Assembly: GCA_023140385.1 (NCBI GenBank)
Contig: JAGLLT010000013.1
Location: 1 to 35,034, forward strand
Reading direction: 5' to 3'
DNA length: 35,034 bases
Source: Candidatus Omnitrophota bacterium
GTDB lineage: Bacteria; Omnitrophota; Gorgyraeia; JAGLLT01
A program made the translations under genes and the position numbers. Positions 1-7,118 of this stretch are shown here, piece after piece (position 1 is the first letter of the stretch; each line of letters starts with the position of its first letter). The notes under the pieces were generated by a model. It ran no database searches. It was not told where the DNA came from and was given only the letters and a program-made list of their open reading frames with translations.

Positions 1-10
1 GTTCAAAACA

Positions 11-84
11 TGGCTGCCCTGCCTGGATTTGAACCAAGACTAACTGAACCAGAATCAGTCGTGCTGCCGTTACACTACAGGGCA
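11..84 (-). tRNA. tRNA-Gln (anticodon CUG), CCA encoded
   Basis: Reverse complement folds as a cloverleaf: acceptor TGCCCTG/CAGGGCA (U1-A72), D-arm GTGT..GCAC, anticodon arm ACTGA-TTCTGGT-TCAGT, T-arm CTTGG-TTCAAAT-CCAGG, discriminator G, then CCA. Lies downstream of glnS. Confidence 0.97.
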
Positions 85-345
85 AGATTTTATATTATCA
101 AGTGAATCTCTAACAATCAATCTTAAAGATTTTTTGCCTTTTGTGGTTTTAAAATATCTTTCTCGCCTAAGAGCATCTCGCTTAGATAGAAAGCATTCAT
201 AAAATATCAAATTTAAATCTGAGTATCGCACTGTTGTATGCACTAAACCTGCTTTATGCTCTTTTATTCGCCTATTCAGATTTTCTGTATAACCAATATA
301 AAATTTATCGTCCAGTTTACTCAACAGCACATAAACGTAATACAT
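70..345 (-). CDS. Stand-alone GIY-YIG nuclease family protein (SLX1-like/UPF0213 type), 91 aa
   Basis: Motifs YYVYVL..FYIGYTENLNRRIKEH and ALRRERYFK. The last four codons and the stop (TGC CCT GTA GTG TAA) are the first 15 nt of the tRNA. Confidence 0.9.
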   Translation of the reverse strand: MYYVYVLLSKLDDKFYIGYTENLNRRIKEHKAGLVHTTVRYSDLNLIFYECFLSKRDALRRERYFKTTKGKKSLRLIVRDSLDNIKSCPVV

Positions 346-406
346 AACTTTAGGTAACCAAAAGTGTGAATCAAATTTGTTTTAATTTACAGCGGTCATG
401 AACCAG

Positions 407-468
407 CCCTGAACCAGTACAAGTACGATTCAGGGTTGCCGTGAATCAATCTTTGATTTGGTTCACGG
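407..468. repeat. Inverted pair of related REP-like hairpins flanked by a CAG direct repeat
   Basis: 407-435 (+) CCCTGAACCA-GTAC-AA-GTAC-GATTCAGGG and 439-468 (-) CCGTGAACCA-AATC-AAA-GATT-GATTCACGG; CAG at 404-406 and 469-471. Confidence 0.8.
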
Positions 469-498
469 CAGAATCAGTCGTGCTACCAGTTATTTTAA

Positions 499-528
499 CC
501 CCATACCGTGCTCTGCTCTGGTATAGGG
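499..528 (-). repeat. REP-like palindrome inserted in the D-arm of the orphan tRNA half
   Basis: Minus strand CCCTATACC-AGAGCAGAGCAC-GGTATGGGG: 9-bp stem with one G-T pair. Confidence 0.75.
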
Positions 529-575
529 CACTACAGGGCAAACTTTTAAAACTAAAAGCGCAAAATACCGCGCAA

Positions 576-656
576 GCTGTGCCTGTGATTTTTGAAGAGA
601 AATAGCCCCGCAGGGGCGTAGCTTGCTGATTTCGATGAAAAAATTATAGGCACAGC
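576..656 (+). repeat. 81-nt element with an 18-bp terminal inverted repeat and internal hairpins
   Basis: GCTGTGCCTGTGATTTTT (576-593) pairs with AAAAATTATAGGCACAGC (639-656) with two G-T pairs. Inside are GAAAT..ATTTC, GCCCC-GCA-GGGGC and AGC-TT-GCT. Confidence 0.7.
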
Positions 657-749
657 GCTTAATTTTTCTTAACAACTACTAAAATAATACTATAAAATTA
701 AAAAATTATCTATACTTAAATATATAATATTTGCAGGTTATGTTTTTGG

Positions 750-801
750 TTTCAATTTTGAATTTTACGTTTTGCGTTTTGCGCTTTTCGCTTTACGCTT
801 T
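750..801. repeat. Degenerate 7-nt tandem repeat overlapping the glnS stop
   Basis: TTTTACG TTTTGCG TTTTGCG CTTTTCG CTTTACG (763-797), preceded by TTTCAAT TTTGAAT. Confidence 0.7.
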
Positions 802-2460
802 CTTATTAATCTTCGCCCAGGTATCTCTTAAAGAGACAATGCGGTTAAATATTAACTTATCTTTAGCCGCGTCCTTATCTAAGCAGAAATACCCCAGCCT
901 TTCAAACTGATATTTGCTATCAGGTTTTGCGTTTTTTAGGCTGGGTTCTAAATAGCATTTGTTTAATATGATAAGTGACTCTTTATTGAAATTATCTTTA
1001 TAATCTTCTGCTTCATTGGGGTCTCTGGTTAAAAAGAGATGGTCATATATTCTTACTTCCGCCTCTATGGCGGTTTTTTCTGCTACCCAGTGCAGGGTGC
1101 CTTTTACTCTTCTACCGTCAGGCGAGTCTCCGCCTTTAGTTGCCGGATCATAAGTACAGCGTAATTCTTTGATTTCACCTGTTTTTTCATCTTTTATAAC
1201 CTCTTTACAGGTTATAAAGTAAGCATAACGCAGGCGGACTTCCCTATCAGGAGCTAAGCGGAAGAACTTCTTATGAGGAACCTCTTGGAAGTCATCTTTT
1301 TCAATATATAATACCTTTGAAAAGGGAACCTTTCTTGTGCCGCTTGCTTCATCTTCCGGATTATTAATACAATCTAATTCTTCTTCTCTTTCCTCCGGGT
1401 AGTTTTCGATTACCACCTTAAGAGGGTTTATGACAGCCATTACTCTGTTAGATGTCTTATTTAATTCCTCCCTTAAGGAGTTCTCTAATAAATTCATCTC
1501 AATAATAGAGTTTATTTTAGTAACTCCGATTGTCTTACAGAAGTTTCTAATAGACTCCGGCGTATAGCCTCTTCTTCTCAATCCGGATATCGTCGGCATT
1601 CTGGGGTCATCCCAGCCGTTTACATATTTCTTTTCTACAAGTTCTAATAGTTTTCTTTTACTTAAAATAGTATGGCTTAAATTAAGCCTGGCAAACTCTA
1701 TCTGCTGGGGATGATGGACTTCCAGTTTGTCTAATATCCAATCATACAATGGCCTGTTATTCTCAAACTCTAAAGTGCAGATAGAATGAGTAATTCCTTC
1801 AATTGAATCTGAAAGGCAATGGGTAAAATCATACATAGGATAAATGCACCATTTATCAGCTGTCCTGTAATGACTTAGTTTGCGTATTCTATAAAGAGCG
1901 GGGTCGCGCATGGTTAAATTTGGAGATGCCATGTCTATCTTAGCTCTTAGAGTCCTGCTTCCTTCTTCAAACTCGCCCGCTTTCATTTTCTTAAATAAAT
2001 CGAGGCTTTCATCAAACGGACGTTCACGATAGGGGCTGTCTTTTCCGGGTTCGGTTAGGGTGCCGCGGTATTTTCTTACCTCTTCGGGGCTTAAGTCGCA
2101 GACATAGGCTTTACCCTTTTTAATTAATTCAAGAGCATAGCTATATAACTGCTCAAAATAATCAGAAGCATAATATAGGCCATCCCATTTAAAACCCAGC
2201 CAGCTTACGTCTTCTTTAATGGAATTAACATATTCCATCTCTTCTGTCTCAGGATTAGTATCATCCAGCCTTAAGTTGCAGGGGCCGTTGTATTTTTTAG
2301 CCAATCCGAAGTTAAGGCAGATGGATTTGGCGTGTCCTATGTGAAGATAGCCGTTAGGTTCCGGAGGAAAACGGGTATGAACCCTGGAGTCATTTTTATT
2401 ATTTTCCAGATCTTTATTAATTATCTCTTCAATAAAATTAGATGCTTTTTCTTTATCCAT
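793..2460 (-). CDS. glnS: Glutamine--tRNA ligase
   Basis: [33 protein letters not shown] and QFERLGYF motifs; 555 aa, no C-terminal YqeY extension. Confidence 0.97.
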   Translation of the reverse strand: MDKEKASNFIEEIINKDLENNKNDSRVHTRFPPEPNGYLHIGHAKSICLNFGLAKKYNGPCNLRLDDTNPETEEMEYVNSIKEDVSWLGFKWDGLYYASDYFEQLYSYALELIKKGKAYVCDLSPEEVRKYRGTLTEPGKDSPYRERPFDESLDLFKKMKAGEFEEGSRTLRAKIDMASPNLTMRDPALYRIRKLSHYRTADKWCIYPMYDFTHCLSDSIEGITHSICTLEFENNRPLYDWILDKLEVHHPQQIEFARLNLSHTILSKRKLLELVEKKYVNGWDDPRMPTISGLRRRGYTPESIRNFCKTIGVTKINSIIEMNLLENSLREELNKTSNRVMAVINPLKVVIENYPEEREEELDCINNPEDEASGTRKVPFSKVLYIEKDDFQEVPHKKFFRLAPDREVRLRYAYFITCKEVIKDEKTGEIKELRCTYDPATKGGDSPDGRRVKGTLHWVAEKTAIEAEVRIYDHLFLTRDPNEAEDYKDNFNKESLIILNKCYLEPSLKNAKPDSKYQFERLGYFCLDKDAAKDKLIFNRIVSLRDTWAKINKKA

Positions 2461-2467
2461 TATATTT

Positions 2468-3754
2468 TTATTCCGCGGCTTTTTCCATTCTCTTTAGAAC
2501 TATCTCTTTACCCAGCAACTCCATCACTTCAAATAACCCCGCCCCTTTAGTTTTACCGCTTATGGCCATGCGGGTGGGGTGAATGATATTAGCCGGCTTT
2601 AGATTATTTTTATCAGCTAAAGCTCTATATAGTTCTTCTATCTTCTCATGCGAAAAATTATCTATATGCTTTAGCTCATTTAGAGCTAACTTTAAATTCT
2701 CTTTATTTTCTTCTTTATCTAAGTATTTTCTCTTTCCTTTTTCATCAACTAAATAATCATCTTTGAAAAAATAATCCGTCAATTCAATAAACTCGGTTAA
2801 AGTTTTTATGCGAACCTGATACAAACCGATTATTTTTTTCAGTTTTTCCTCATCCACATTTTCCCGCTCTATGCCGCTATTGTCTAACTGTTCTTTAAGA
2901 AGAAGGTAAATATCTTCAAGGCTTTTCGCTCTTATATATTCTCCGTTCAGCCATTTTAATTTATCTATATCAAATCTCACCTGAACTTTATTTATATTTA
3001 CAACATCAAACTCTTTGACCGCCCCTTTCAGGCTTACTATCTCCCTGCCGTCTTCAGGCTGCCAGCCTAAAAGCAGTAGATAATTACTAAGAGCCTCCGG
3101 CAGGAAGCCCTGGTTTTTATACTCCGACACCGCTACTCCGCAATGCCTTTTAGAAAGCTTAGCGCCGTCTTTTCCCATCATAAGCGGTATGTGGGCAAAT
3201 TTCGGAGGCTCCACCCCAAGGGCTTCATAAAACATTATCTGCTTGGGTGTGTTGGAGATGTGGTCATCTCCTCTTATTATGTGGGTTATCTTCAAATCGG
3301 CATCATCAACTACGCAGGCAAAATTATAGGCCGGTGAACCGTCTGACTTCATCAACACCTGGTCTTTAATTTCATCGGTACTGACTACTATTTCTCCGTG
3401 AACCAAATCATCAACTTTTATTTTTCTTCCCTTTTCTACCCTGAAAATTATGGCCTCGCCTTCTTTGTAGGCCAGGCCTTTAGCCAGAATATCTTCCGCC
3501 ATCTGTTTATATAAGCCAAAGCGCTCAGACTGAAAAAAAGGGCCTTCATCCCAATCAACCCCCATCCACTTAAGGTCATTGAGGATGTCGTCTAAAAACT
3601 CCTTTTTAGAGCGTTGTTTATCGGTATCCTCCACGCGCAAGACAAACTTACCGCCTGTGTGCCTGGCATAAAGCCAGTTAAAAAGAGCCGTTCTGGCGCT
3701 TCCCAGATGCAAAAAACCCGTTGGACTCGGCGCGAATCTAACTCGAACACTCAT
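2468..3754 (-). CDS. gltX: Glutamate--tRNA ligase
   Basis: [37 protein letters not shown] and KLSKRH motifs; helical anticodon-binding C-terminus present. Confidence 0.95.
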   Translation of the reverse strand: MSVRVRFAPSPTGFLHLGSARTALFNWLYARHTGGKFVLRVEDTDKQRSKKEFLDDILNDLKWMGVDWDEGPFFQSERFGLYKQMAEDILAKGLAYKEGEAIIFRVEKGRKIKVDDLVHGEIVVSTDEIKDQVLMKSDGSPAYNFACVVDDADLKITHIIRGDDHISNTPKQIMFYEALGVEPPKFAHIPLMMGKDGAKLSKRHCGVAVSEYKNQGFLPEALSNYLLLLGWQPEDGREIVSLKGAVKEFDVVNINKVQVRFDIDKLKWLNGEYIRAKSLEDIYLLLKEQLDNSGIERENVDEEKLKKIIGLYQVRIKTLTEFIELTDYFFKDDYLVDEKGKRKYLDKEENKENLKLALNELKHIDNFSHEKIEELYRALADKNNLKPANIIHPTRMAISGKTKGAGLFEVMELLGKEIVLKRMEKAAE

Positions 3755-4286
3755 TGACTAACTCAGCCCCTTTTTTTAATGCTTGTATGTTTATGTCTAT
3801 AAGGCCGTGGCGGTGAAGCGGCAGAACTAATTTAAGAGCATCACATAAACTATTCAGTGACACTAGTCCGCTTACTCCTTGATAGGCGCCAAGGGCCACC
3901 ATATTGGCAACCTTACTGTTACCTAACTCCCCGGCCGTTTCAGTAGCGGGAATTCTTATCACTTTAACATCTTCTCTTTTAAGTTCATCGTTTATCAAGG
4001 AACTGTTAATAATTACAGTGCCGCCTTTTGCCACAAGGTTTTCAAACTTTAAAAATGAAGGGCGGTTCATAATAATGCAGTCATCCGGTTTCAAAAATAA
4101 ACCGGAGGCAATTTGGGTATCTGAGATAACTACCTTTGAGTGAGCGGTACCTCCTCTGACTTCTGCCCCGTACGAAGGCATCCAGACAACCTCTTTTTTC
4201 TCATCCATAGCGGCTCTGGCTAAAAGCTTACCCATTACCATTATTCCCTGGCCGCCAAAACCCGCGCATATTATTTTTTTATACAT
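3738..4286 (-). CDS. 2-oxoacid:ferredoxin oxidoreductase gamma subunit
   Basis: AGFGGQG, PSYGAEVRGGTA and NMVALGA motifs. Confidence 0.93.
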   Translation of the reverse strand: MYKKIICAGFGGQGIMVMGKLLARAAMDEKKEVVWMPSYGAEVRGGTAHSKVVISDTQIASGLFLKPDDCIIMNRPSFLKFENLVAKGGTVIINSSLINDELKREDVKVIRIPATETAGELGNSKVANMVALGAYQGVSGLVSLNSLCDALKLVLPLHRHGLIDINIQALKKGAELVNECSS

Positions 4287-5013
4287 CTTTTATTACACCC
4301 AGAGGTACTTTTTTGATAATATCTTTCTCAATCTTTTCTACCGCTTCAACCGGCGAAAGGCCCCAGTAAGTCGGGCACTGAGAAATCACCTCAACCATTG
4401 AAAAGCCCTTCTTCTCTATCTGATTTTGAAAGGCCTTTTTTATAGCCTTTTTTGTTTTAATAACCGCGCCGGGATTATGAACCGACGTCCTTTCAATATA
4501 ACAAACACCATCTAAAACAGCCAGCATCTCCGACACCTTCAGCGGATAGCCGTCTCTCTTCGCGTTCCGGCCATTAATACAGGTGGCTGTCTTTTGGCTT
4601 AAGAGGGTCGTGGGAGCCATCTGCCCCCCGGTCATTCCATAGACGCCGTTATTGACAAAGATAACCGTAACATTCTCTCCCCTGTTAGCCGCGTGTACAG
4701 TCTCCGCCGTCCCTATAGCCGCCAGATCACCGTCTCCCTGATAGGTAAAGACAATCAGTTCCGGACGCGCCCTCTTTATGCCGGTCGCTACCGCCAACGG
4801 CCTTCCGTGAGCGGCCTCAGTAGTATCAAACTTCCAGTAATCATAGGCTAAAACGGCACAGCCGACGGGAGCTATAGCAATCGTCTTCTCCATAATGCCA
4901 AGCTCTTCTACCACCTCGCAGACAAGGTTATGTATAATGCCGTGCCCGCAGCCCGGACAGTAGTGAGTAATAGCATCTGTTAAAATATTGCTTTTTTTAT
5001 ATATTTCTTTCAT
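4279..5013 (-). CDS. 2-oxoacid:ferredoxin oxidoreductase beta subunit (TPP-binding)
   Basis: YCPGCGHG, GC, HGR, QGDGD..NNGVYGMTGGQ and SQCPT motifs. Confidence 0.94.
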   Translation of the reverse strand: MKEIYKKSNILTDAITHYCPGCGHGIIHNLVCEVVEELGIMEKTIAIAPVGCAVLAYDYWKFDTTEAAHGRPLAVATGIKRARPELIVFTYQGDGDLAAIGTAETVHAANRGENVTVIFVNNGVYGMTGGQMAPTTLLSQKTATCINGRNAKRDGYPLKVSEMLAVLDGVCYIERTSVHNPGAVIKTKKAIKKAFQNQIEKKGFSMVEVISQCPTYWGLSPVEAVEKIEKDIIKKVPLGVIKDV

Positions 5014-6080
5014 TTGATTACTTGTTTTATCTTTTCCATAATATCTTTCTCTTGAGGCATTTCGCCCCCCGTCCTGCCGTAGAAATGAACCTCTGCCTTA
5101 CCGCCTACCGCCAGTTTGACGTCTTCTATCATCTGCCCCATATTCATCTCCACCACTAAAAACTTAACCTTCTTCGCGGCCGCCCGGGAGATAATTTCAT
5201 AAGGATAAGGCCAGAGGGTTATGGGCCTTATCATACCCACCTTAACGCCTTCTTTACGCGCCTCCTGCATTACCTTTTTGCATATACGGCTTGAAATGCC
5301 AAAGGCAACCAATACGACCTCACTATCATCTACGTAAAAACTCTCCGAACGGACATCTTCCTGTTCAATCTTATCATAGAGCTTTTTAAGCTCTAAATTA
5401 TGCTTTTCTAAAACGCCCTGCCCTAAATATAAAGAGCGGATAATTTTGGGCTTACCTGTCTTATTGCCCGTCAAAGCCCACTCCTTTTTTTGATGCGCCG
5501 GCTCATATTTTATACCCGGCTTTAACTTCACCGGCTCTGCCATCTGGCCCAACACCCCGTCTCCTAAGATAAGCACCGGCATCCTGTACTCATCGGCTAA
5601 GTCAAAAGCAAGGCGGGTCAGATCAAAAAACTCCTGTCCGCAGTTGGGAGCCAAAACAATAGTGCGGTAATCCCCGTGGCCTCCTCCGCGCGTTGATTGA
5701 AAGTAATCAGCCTGGCCCGGAGCGATATTGCCCAGGCCGGGGCCTCCCCTTGACATATTAACTATTACTGCCGGCAGCCTACAGCCCGCCAAATAAGAAA
5801 TGCCCTCCTGTTTCAGGCTAATCCCCGGGGAAGAGGAAGAAGTTAAGGCTCTTTCTCCAACACAGGCCGCCCCAAAAACCATACTTATAGCCGCCAGCTC
5901 GCTTTCCGCCTGGATAAAAACACCGCCGGCTTCAGGCATATGCCTTGACATATAGGCGGTAAGTTCGTTCTGGGGAGTTATAGGGTAACCCGCGTAAAAA
6001 CGACAGCCGGCCCTGATGGCCGCTTCAGCGATTACCTCGTTGCCAGTTATTAAAACTTTTTTATCCTTATCACTCATCAA
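5010..6080 (-). CDS. 2-oxoacid:ferredoxin oxidoreductase alpha subunit (VorB/KorA-like)
   Basis: GNE, AGYPITPQ, QAESE, SSSPGISLKQE and RGGPGLG motifs. Confidence 0.94.
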   Translation of the reverse strand: MMSDKDKKVLITGNEVIAEAAIRAGCRFYAGYPITPQNELTAYMSRHMPEAGGVFIQAESELAAISMVFGAACVGERALTSSSSPGISLKQEGISYLAGCRLPAVIVNMSRGGPGLGNIAPGQADYFQSTRGGGHGDYRTIVLAPNCGQEFFDLTRLAFDLADEYRMPVLILGDGVLGQMAEPVKLKPGIKYEPAHQKKEWALTGNKTGKPKIIRSLYLGQGVLEKHNLELKKLYDKIEQEDVRSESFYVDDSEVVLVAFGISSRICKKVMQEARKEGVKVGMIRPITLWPYPYEIISRAAAKKVKFLVVEMNMGQMIEDVKLAVGGKAEVHFYGRTGGEMPQEKDIMEKIKQVIK

Positions 6081-6279
6081 TAATCTCTATCGCGCTTTCC
6101 GGACACATTAAAGCGCAAAACCTGCATCCGATACACGCGCCTTTTGAACTGTCAAATTCAACGGGGCAAATACCCCTTTTATTTAAGATTTTTGACTCTT
6201 TTATCAACCCTTTGGGGCAGTACATCAGGCATAAGTTACAGCCTTTACATTTTTCCGAGTCAATTTTTACTTTTATCAT
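6070..6279 (-). CDS. 2[4Fe-4S] ferredoxin / oxidoreductase delta subunit
   Basis: CKGCNLCLMYCP and CIGCRFCALMCP. Start moved to ATG 6279 (AAGGT upstream) to avoid overlapping nadK. Confidence 0.92.
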   Translation of the reverse strand: MIKVKIDSEKCKGCNLCLMYCPKGLIKESKILNKRGICPVEFDSSKGACIGCRFCALMCPESAIEIIDE

Positions 6280-6287
6280 AAAAACCT

Positions 6288-7118
6288 TTAGCGGGGTTTG
6301 CCCCATTTAAGTTTTTCTTGTAATATCTGAAAATAATCTCTTTTTGATGAGTTCACCAGTCTTGCACTTACAGCGGCCTTTTTCACCTTTATCAGGTCAC
6401 ATGCTTTTAATTTAACCGCCACCTGTCCATCAGCGGTCAGGGTTACATCCTGCGCTTCCTTACCGTCTATCTTAACACTTACCTCTCTGGATGAAGGCAG
6501 AACCAGGGGGCGGTTGCTTAAGGTATGTGGGCATATCGGTGTTAAAATGGAGACATCCAACTCAGGGCTCACAATAGGCCCTCCGGCCGAAAGCGAATGC
6601 GCCGTAGAGCCCGTAGCAGTAGAGATAATCAGTCCGTCGCATAAATAGGTCGCCAAATTTTCTCCCTTCGTCATTACCGATAATGTCAATATGCGCGAAA
6701 GCGAACCTTTATTTATTACCATATCGTTTAGGCAAATTAAACTTTTAATTAACTTGCCGGATCTGTAAACTCCGGCCTTAAGCATGCTTCTTTTACTTAC
6801 AGAATACTTATTTTCAAGAATACTCTTTAAAGCGGAATAAACCTCGGACTTCTTAATATCCGTCAAAAAACCAAAAGCGCCCAGATTAACTCCCAGAATG
6901 ATAACCTTATTGCTAATATATTTGGCAACATTTAAAAGAGTGCCATCTCCTCCCAATGTAATAATCAAATCCACCATCCGGGCGATTTCTTCTCTTGAAG
7001 CCTCTCTATCAGTATAAACCCTGATATTCCTTTCTTCAAGAAACTTCTTGATCTTTTTCTGATACATCAAGGCTGCTTTTTTGTCCGGATTAGCAATGAT
7101 ACCCGCTTTTTTTATCAT
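6288..7118 (-). CDS. nadK: NAD(+) kinase
   Basis: GGDGTLL, GVNLG..GFL, LND and DGLIISTATGSTAHSLSAGGP motifs. Confidence 0.95.
   Translation of the reverse strand: MIKKAGIIANPDKKAALMYQKKIKKFLEERNIRVYTDREASREEIARMVDLIITLGGDGTLLNVAKYISNKVIILGVNLGAFGFLTDIKKSEVYSALKSILENKYSVSKRSMLKAGVYRSGKLIKSLICLNDMVINKGSLSRILTLSVMTKGENLATYLCDGLIISTATGSTAHSLSAGGPIVSPELDVSILTPICPHTLSNRPLVLPSSREVSVKIDGKEAQDVTLTADGQVAVKLKACDLIKVKKAAVSARLVNSSKRDYFQILQEKLKWGKPR

Larger units (their letters stand above)
399..540 (-). pseudogene. Orphan 5' half of tRNA-Gln(CUG), interrupted by palindromic inserts
   Basis: Minus strand reads TGCCCTGTAGTG [36 nt] TAACTGGTAGCACGACTGATTCTG [62 nt] CTGGTTCA. With the inserts removed it matches nt 1-40 of the intact tRNA except in the D-loop. 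No T-arm or 3' acceptor strand follows. Confidence 0.88.

Noticed and set aside
85..471. Group I or BHB-type intron in tRNA-Gln carrying a homing endonuclease
   Set aside because: The downstream tRNA is complete by itself, I see no group I core elements or room for them, and the upstream half is also disrupted in its D-arm.
399..540. CRISPR array
   Set aside because: The hairpins are non-identical, irregularly spaced and in mixed orientation; no cas genes in the window.
490..675. 61-aa minus-strand ORF containing CPVV
   Set aside because: It reads through the 576-656 inverted repeat, the orphan tRNA half and a palindrome insert; no protein motif. CPVV simply reflects the tRNA sequence.
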